A DNA stretch of 64,000 bases, taken from positions 1-64,000 of the forward strand of contig JALDZS010000069.1 in the NCBI GenBank assembly GCA_022813965.1. The letters run 5' to 3'. This document shows, piece after piece, positions 60,092 to 64,000 of this stretch. Numbering within the stretch: the first letter of the stretch is position 1; every line of letters starts with the position of its first letter. This DNA is from Toensbergia leucococca. Its lineage: Eukaryota. The notes under the pieces are model-generated. The model was given only the letters and a program-made list of their open reading frames with translations, was not told the DNA's origin and did not search any database. Both the position numbers and the translations under genes were made by a program.

Positions 60092-63000
60092 TTATCGCTG
60101 CGACCATGTTAGCTTGGGGCACTATATCTCAAATGCATGATAACTCACGCGTCCACGCCGAAGCCCGAGTTGCTGGTGCATCATGTGTTGCTGGTGCGGA
60201 AGGTACTGCATAGGATACTGATATCCGTTCATTGCTCCAGAAACCATCAGAGGATTATATCCTGGCGGTGCCCCGAACCCAGACTGCTGTAGCATTGGAC
60301 TCGGACTTATCTGCGGCGGTCTTTGGGGCATCGGTGAGTACTGCCCATGCATACCTAAGAAGTTACTATCGATCGCAGTTGAGGCCGATCCATAACCCCC
60401 TAAGCTAGGTGCCACCATACCAGAATAGAAGTCACCTGGCGGAATCCCGCGCGCAGAGGCAGCGAGAAGAGCCTGTTGGACATGTAATGGCTGTGTACTG
60501 AAAGTAGGAGTAAAGGTAGGACTATTGATATCATTGAGTCCAAACTGCTCATACGGGGGTAGGCTATTTGAATCCAAAGACGATATGCCGGCCTGCGCAG
60601 GATATTGCTGCTGCCCGGAGGGTTGGAAGTATTGTCCACTATATTGCCGCTCTAAATCTGCTTGATGCTTTCGACCGCCATTACTCATACCAGGCTGAGA
60701 TACAGGACGGCTTCTGTCGTGGTGCATTCCAAGACCGTTCACGGGTTGGTTTTCGCGATCTGCCTTTCCTAATCGAGCAGACAAGCCCACCTCATCCATG
60801 AGTCGCTTGTAGCCTTGAGAAGGTGAAGCCTTAAGGCGGCAAAGTACGTTTCGCACGTTCTGCACCACCTCTGACCTTAGGCTCTCGTCGAAGAAAGGAG
60901 TAGTTAGTATTTTGAAGATGAGAGTAGCGCCACAAGCTTGATCACTTAGGATGTCTTCGAGGGTTTGGTCGTTCTTCGAGAAGAAGAGAGCCTGGAGCAC
61001 GACATCCCTAGCTTCTGGCTCATTTCGCTGATTGATGACCTTCAAGACTGTAAGATATGCTACTTTGTGTGTACAAAGATGCACTAGATGTGGGACGAGT
61101 CGAGGTGCAAGCACGATTCTGCGATGGGGGAATGTACATGTGTCTAGGAACCAGGTGAGCAAAAGAGCACCATTGGCATTGGTAGCTAGTTGTACACTGT
61201 GCAAAGCTATGGCGGAAGCCATCATTCGTTGCTGATCTTTAGTAGCGTGGTGGCTTTCGAGACAAGCACGCATCGCTCTTGCCCCGAATCGTCCTTGAGC
61301 TATGTCCCACATGCGATTGAGCATAGTTTCGAAAATGAAATTGTTCCAAGGGAACCCAAATCTTAAGCAGCATTGTAGAACGTAGTTGCCGTATTGGTCA
61401 AGAAACAATGCGACCGTGTATGGTCGAAGACTATTTACAATCATTCCCATTTGATCCGGTATCTTGGCGACATCGATAATCTTCTGTGCAGCCCATGTCC
61501 CATTTTTGTGAACACCAATCTCAGCAAGATGAGAGCCAATATGCATCAACATCTGTTCCTTCACAGCCTCGGAACAGAATTCAAACAGCTTTTGTACGAC
61601 CGTGTTGCCAAGATAGTCCGAAGCTAACTCAGCGATCTCTGGCAGCATGCCCATAGCAATCTCCTCAATCTCAGCCTGCGACATGGCATTGTTGTCGATC
61701 CTTTTCCGGATCTCCCTGAGCTTCGGAGCATCATGAACCCTCGCGTGACTTGCCTCCGGCACTGCGGGTATGTCATGTTCGAAACTTGTGAAAGCAGTAG
61801 CAGCATCAATACTGCTCGCGATTTGCATCTGATCCTGTTCACCAGCCCCAAAATCTCGAACTATCTGCAGCATGTCTTCTCGTAGATCTGATAAATCAGG
61901 TACATGAAGGGCAGCAATAGCGGTTTCATCATAATCATCGTCGACTTCTTCGTTGCGATTGCCATGGCCATTGGTACCTCCGGTGACCTGAATGTCACGT
62001 TTCTCTCCTTCTCCCTTAGTATGAGGATCAGGACTTGGTGACTGAAATGTTCCACTATTTCCAGGGGTACCACCAACGGAAGCAGAGGGTGCCTTTGCAT
62101 AACCAATTCTGATAGGACCAGCTCCAGGGAAAATCTCTTTAGCGTTTAGGAGAGATTTCGCTTGTATGGCACTCTCGACGTTTTCGAAATTAACGAAACC
62201 ACAATTCTTGTGCATCAGAACTCTAGTGGACTCAATTTTCCCGTAGATGGAAAAGATTGCCTGCAAAGACGTTACTGTGGTGGACGTAGGGATATTTCCT
62301 AACCACAAAGCTCGAGTAGGGCCCTCTTGATTGTTTTCATCAGCCTGGCTGGCCCCTGATCGACCATCAAAGCCTGTCAGTTGTAGAGCTCGTACAGCTT
62401 CTGGAAGACCATCATATTCAAGACCTTCTGACATTCCAAGGTCGGCTGCGGTTATGCTTTTGTCAAGACGGGTTGGCGTCGCAAGGTAGCTTCTTCCTGA
62501 TCCTCTTAGAGGAGAATCTAGTACCCCAGCGGTCCGTGCTCTCGGTCTATTCGCGGAAGCTTGATTTGCAAAAGCCTGTACAGCCAGGTTATGCTGATGG
62601 ATTTGCGCCTGGGTCGCTGCAAGCGCAGCAGCAGCCGAAGCAGCCGAGGGGGTCATGATGCCACTATGGTGACCTGAGTATTGTCCGTCGAGCAGATACT
62701 CGTCGTCTTCATCTTCAGCATACTTTTCTTTGGCGTTCACCGAGTAAGACCTGAAACGGCTTAGGTTCTTATTGTACCCTGCGAGCTCCGCAAGAAATGG
62801 CTGCATTGCAATAGCTCTCTGAGACTCTGACATGCCCATCATACCTGGAGGTGCAAGAGCAGGTTGGGCCTGCCGAGGAGTCTCTGCAAGGCCAAGGTAG
62901 TCGAGCGTCTTGACGTCCGTATCGGCTAAGCTGTCTTTAGAGAAAGACAACTGACTGGGGGAGTCTGGGCCATCAGATGATCGAATACTAGTCAATGTTG

Positions 63001-63777
63001 GTGCTCTGTCTCTTCCACTTCCCCAACCATTAGAGAACAGCGATGAACCGAACGGGTTTGGACTCTCAACATAGCTTGCTCGCTGAGGCATCGAACCAGC
63101 CCTTAACCGCGACAATAGTGCTGATGTAGCATTGCCAGGAAAAGAACCAGAATTCGAATTATCGGCTGCTAGCAATGATGCTGACCGGAAGGGACTAGTA
63201 GACGGTGTAGGTCTTGACGTCTTTGGTAGTAGCGCCTGAGAGTTGTTTGTGACAGGGGAAGCTCCTCCAGGAGAAAACCTCGAAGGAACTGTGCCCGCTC
63301 TTGTTCTCCGCACAGGGCTCTGCACGTTGTTCTCTGATGGTGGCAAAAAGTCTGGGAACCCATCTTGACTTGGTGACTCCGGAATCATCTCTCTCAACGG
63401 GGTAGAGCCACCACTAGCTGGAGGACCCCACATGTTAGTGGTGAGACCTTCCTGTGCTTGGATTTCTCGGGCACTACTCTCATGCATAGATCGTTAGTAA
63501 AGTTCAGCAGAATACTAGAATTGTTCTCGTCTCACCGCTTAGAATACAGCCTCCCTCCTAGTTCATGCGATGGGGATCCAGCCCCTAACCTCGCACTCCC
63601 AACCGTACTTCCCATGCCATTAAGGCTTCCAGGAGCACCAAATGGTGACCGGACGGCGCCGCCTGGTGGTGGTTCAATTGGAGACGTATTTGCGGTGGAT
63701 GACCCAGAATGATTCGCTGACAGCTGAGGAAGGTAGTTGAGATTTAAATGGTGATCTGGCCTAGATGAGGGAGCCAT
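60092..63777 (-). CDS. JSN1: Pumilio-repeat plus RRM RNA-binding protein (Jsn1/Puf2 class), two introns
   Basis: RRM TRALWLGNIP...KNCGFVNF; Puf repeats SDYLGNTVVQKLFE, HKNGTWAAQKIID, DQYGNYVLQCCL. First exon ends RLYSKR; tiny last exon CGA TAA. Confidence 0.92.
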
Positions 63778-64000
63778 TATAGATTATTTGTTTTGGACCC
63801 GGGATACCAGCTTGACACGGATTGTCGATGCAGGTGACTTGACTTGCGACACTATGTTCAATTAATTTAGTTGGAGCCTAGTCTGAGAAGAGGTGTAGGC
63901 AGTGGGCGGAAAAGGCTAAGCATTCAAAAGGAGAGTCTTGCGCAACTGCGGACGCTTGCACCTCCGACGGCCAGCGAACGATGACACTATCACATGCAAC

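Overview
Gene-dense DNA from a filamentous ascomycete (Pezizomycotina-type short GT-AG introns with CTRAY branch sites). Bases 1-4505 hold two nested, mutation-riddled Ty3/Gypsy LTR retrotransposon relics. The rest carries about 21 mostly housekeeping genes, often head-to-head: RanBP1-domain, Yip1-family, Ecm11, RBR E3 ligase, CoA-binding protein, Fox2, Tda10, Hnt2, an alpha/beta hydrolase, Rad4, LysM, FarA/CTF1-alpha, CRIPT, Drs2, a NiCoT transporter, mL46, Cem1, a Sec7-PH GEF, Ecm14 and Jsn1-like Puf. The stand-out element is a tRNA-Pro(CGG) gene at 14224-14441 split into four exons. It has one ordinary tRNA intron at 37/38 and two mRNA-type spliceosomal introns (GTAAGT...CTAAT...AG). Removing all three gives a complete 72-nt cloverleaf, implying a tRNA that needs both the spliceosome and the tRNA endonuclease. 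All calls come from reading the sequence by eye; no database searches were run.
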